From sequence record SRR31156797_3530: a stretch of DNA of 53,929 nucleotides. One strand, 5' to 3'. Below are positions 52,120 to 53,929 of this stretch, piece by piece. Each line of letters opens with the position of its first letter. Within the stretch, counting starts at the first letter, position 1. The translations under genes were made by a program, and so were the position numbers. A model generated the notes under the pieces. That model saw nothing but the letters and a program-made list of their open reading frames with translations. It ran no database searches and had not been told where the DNA came from.

Positions 52120-52516
52120 TTTTACTTTCTCACTAAAATCTATATTTCTTATATTTTAATTCTAATATATTGTTCAAGAATTTGCAAAATCACTGCTAAC
52201 AACTTAACTTGTAATCTGACGATATCCAAAAAATGATACCATGCTAACTAAATCTCATTACTTGTTTAATACCTGTTAATTATTTATCATATACAAACTG
52301 CTATATAGTAACTTTGACAGCTAACATACAAGTATTAAAAATTACTGTAGCTAACAAAATTACAATCATTCAGAAAATCAAATTGTCTATACACAATACC
52401 TATATTAAGTCATTCCATAAATACTTAACAGAAAATCAATATTAAGGCGTACAATATTAATAAAGAAGGTATACATGTAATTTTTTAGTTTAAATCACAC
52501 AAAATACTGTGGGTTT

Positions 52517-52544
52517 AAAAAAAGGCGCCATACGACGCCTTTTT
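52517..52544 (-). terminator. Terminator of the surface-protein gene
   Basis: AAAAAGGCGTC-GTAT-GGCGCCTTTTT(TT) on the minus strand. Confidence 0.75.
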
Positions 52545-52579
52545 CCATGCAATTAAGCTATTAATAATCTTAACAAATC

Positions 52580-53929
52580 CTACTTACTAAAGATTCCAGA
52601 TATAAATGACACAATAGATTCAAACCAAGTCATTTCATCGCCTGTCGCAGGATTATCAATTGATGTAGTTGTATCAACTCTAGGAGCTATCAACGATACA
52701 TCACCAACGCTTACATCACCTAATGAATCCACCCGCAAAGGTATATGAACAGTGGTTACATTTGATTCATATTGTATGTCAATTGTTCCTGTACTTTCAT
52801 CAACAGTTGCAGAGTTCGCTGCACTAGGAGTGAAGTGTAGTTCATAAACTGTTGGTGTACCGCCGGATGGACTGGTAACTGTCATATGATGCTGCAAGAA
52901 GAAAACATTACTGAAGCCATATTCACCATTTGAGTCCGTAATATCCGTTCTTGGTCTAGATTCTATAGTAATATCCCAACCAGGCAGAGGTAAACCAGTT
53001 ACTATGCTTATTACATCACCAGTTACATGACCAACATACGTACCTTCTGGAACCCAGCTTGCAAACAATGTTGTGTTTTCGTTTACAACACCATGCACAT
53101 CGTCATCAAAATAGAATGGTCTTTCGCACGCTTCTGTTAGATGCCAGCCATCAAATATATATCCATCTTTGACTGGTTCATCAGCTGGTTCTGATATTGT
53201 CGTACCATATCTTACACCTGTAATATCGTCAATGCTGCTTCCGCCCAAGCTATCTAATGTAACAGTGTAGAGGTCTTCTTTATTATCCAGATAATCTGGA
53301 ATATCATCACCGTCAGTATCATCATTGGTTAGATTTCCATCTCCGTTCGCATCTTCATCTATTGTTAGAATGTCATCTCCATCGTCATCGTTATCAAGAT
53401 AATTAGGTATTCCATCTCCATCAGTATCATCATTAGTTAAGTTTCCATCTCCGTCTATATCCTCATCAGCTGTAGGTATGCTGTCTCCATCATCATCAGC
53501 ATCCAGATAGTCAGGAAAGCCATCACCGTCGGTATCTACAGTTCCTTCTATAGAATCAGGAACACCGTCTCCATCTGCATCTGAATCATAATCAAGATAA
53601 TCAGGGATACCGTCTCCGTCTGCATCATCATTAGTATAGTCGCCGTCTCCATTTGTATCTTCAGCACCTGTTGGGATACCGTCTCCATCGTCATCTGCAT
53701 CTAAATAATTTGGTGTTCCGTTGGAATCCGTATCATCATTGGTTAGAACGCCGTCACTATTTATATCTTCATTAGCTGTTAGGATACCGTCTCCATCATC
53801 ATCTATATCTAAATAATTAGGTGTTCCGTCATCATCTGTATCATCATCGGTTGGGTCACCGTTACCGTTAATATCTTCGTCTTCTGTTAGAAGACCGTCA
53901 CCGTCATCATCGGTGTCTAGATAGTCAGG
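52580..53929 (-). CDS. Surface protein, 3' part (449 aa visible): TSP3-like acidic repeats, InlB-B/Flg_new repeat, carboxypeptidase-regulatory-like domain, NPATG tail
   Basis: Frame is open from the window end to 52580, so the track start at 53248 is internal. [11 protein letters not shown]...[10 protein letters not shown]...[15 protein letters not shown]...[15 protein letters not shown]. Confidence 0.85.
   Translation of the reverse strand, partial: PDYLDTDDDGDGLLTEDEDINGNGDPTDDDTDDDGTPNYLDIDDDGDGILTANEDINSDGVLTNDDTDSNGTPNYLDADDDGDGIPTGAEDTNGDGDYTNDDADGDGIPDYLDYDSDADGDGVPDSIEGTVDTDGDGFPDYLDADDDGDSIPTADEDIDGDGNLTNDDTDGDGIPNYLDNDDDGDDILTIDEDANGDGNLTNDDTDGDDIPDYLDNKEDLYTVTLDSLGGSSIDDITGVRYGTTISEPADEPVKDGYIFDGWHLTEACERPFYFDDDVHGVVNENTTLFASWVPEGTYVGHVTGDVISIVTGLPLPGWDITIESRPRTDITDSNGEYGFSNVFFLQHHMTVTSPSGGTPTVYELHFTPSAANSATVDESTGTIDIQYESNVTTVHIPLRVDSLGDVSVGDVSLIAPRVDTTTSIDNPATGDEMTWFESIVSFISGIFSK
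53285..53929 (-). repeat. Tandem coding repeats of about 108 bp (36 aa)
   Basis: P[DN][34 protein letters not shown]: five full copies, one 30-aa variant and a final PDYLD. Confidence 0.9.

Noticed and set aside
52190..52440. Four GCTAAC hexamers and two CAGAAAATCAA copies in the intergenic region
   Set aside because: Irregular spacing in AT-rich DNA; cannot be distinguished from chance by eye.
53285..53929. Possible CRISPR array or non-coding tandem repeat
   Set aside because: The repeats are in frame, vary synonymously and have no repeat-spacer structure.
1..53929. Mobile elements, prophage, known defence operons, tRNA or rRNA genes
   Set aside because: No transposase, integrase, phage, cas or restriction-modification ORFs, and no recognisable tRNA or rRNA sequence.

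Overview
Low-GC Firmicutes (Clostridia-like) chromosomal window that is mostly housekeeping. It carries glyQS(3' end)-aquaporin-ychF, luxS-mtnN, and rpmH-rnpA-yidD-yidC-jag detached from dnaA and mnmE. It also carries a GT39-like transferase, purH-purD-cca, a four-gene polysaccharide module (GT4, pyruvyl transferase, flippase, FrhB-like Fe-S protein), rpsT, an Lrp/aminotransferase/rhomboid/Fe-S/deoD cluster, an orphan type IV pilin, a DUF2975-HTH-DUF4153-like unit, a spoIIQ-like gene, hrcA-grpE-dnaK-dnaJ, an OmpR-type two-component system, clpB, ycaQ, and the 3' part of an acidic-repeat surface protein. No rRNA, tRNA, CRISPR array, transposase or prophage was seen. The most notable signals not in the ORF track are: two candidate minus-strand structured RNAs (about 21940-22140, and about 46088-46330 with a possible sigma54 promoter and an anti-SD tract); three apparently leaderless genes (TAnAAT-N6-ATG); an ATT start for yidC; an internally deleted rhomboid; an in-frame stop in the DUF2975-like gene; a CIRCE upstream of clpB; and an NPATG-plus-amphipathic-helix C-terminal signal. 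All family calls come from recognising motifs by eye; no database search or RNA folding was run.
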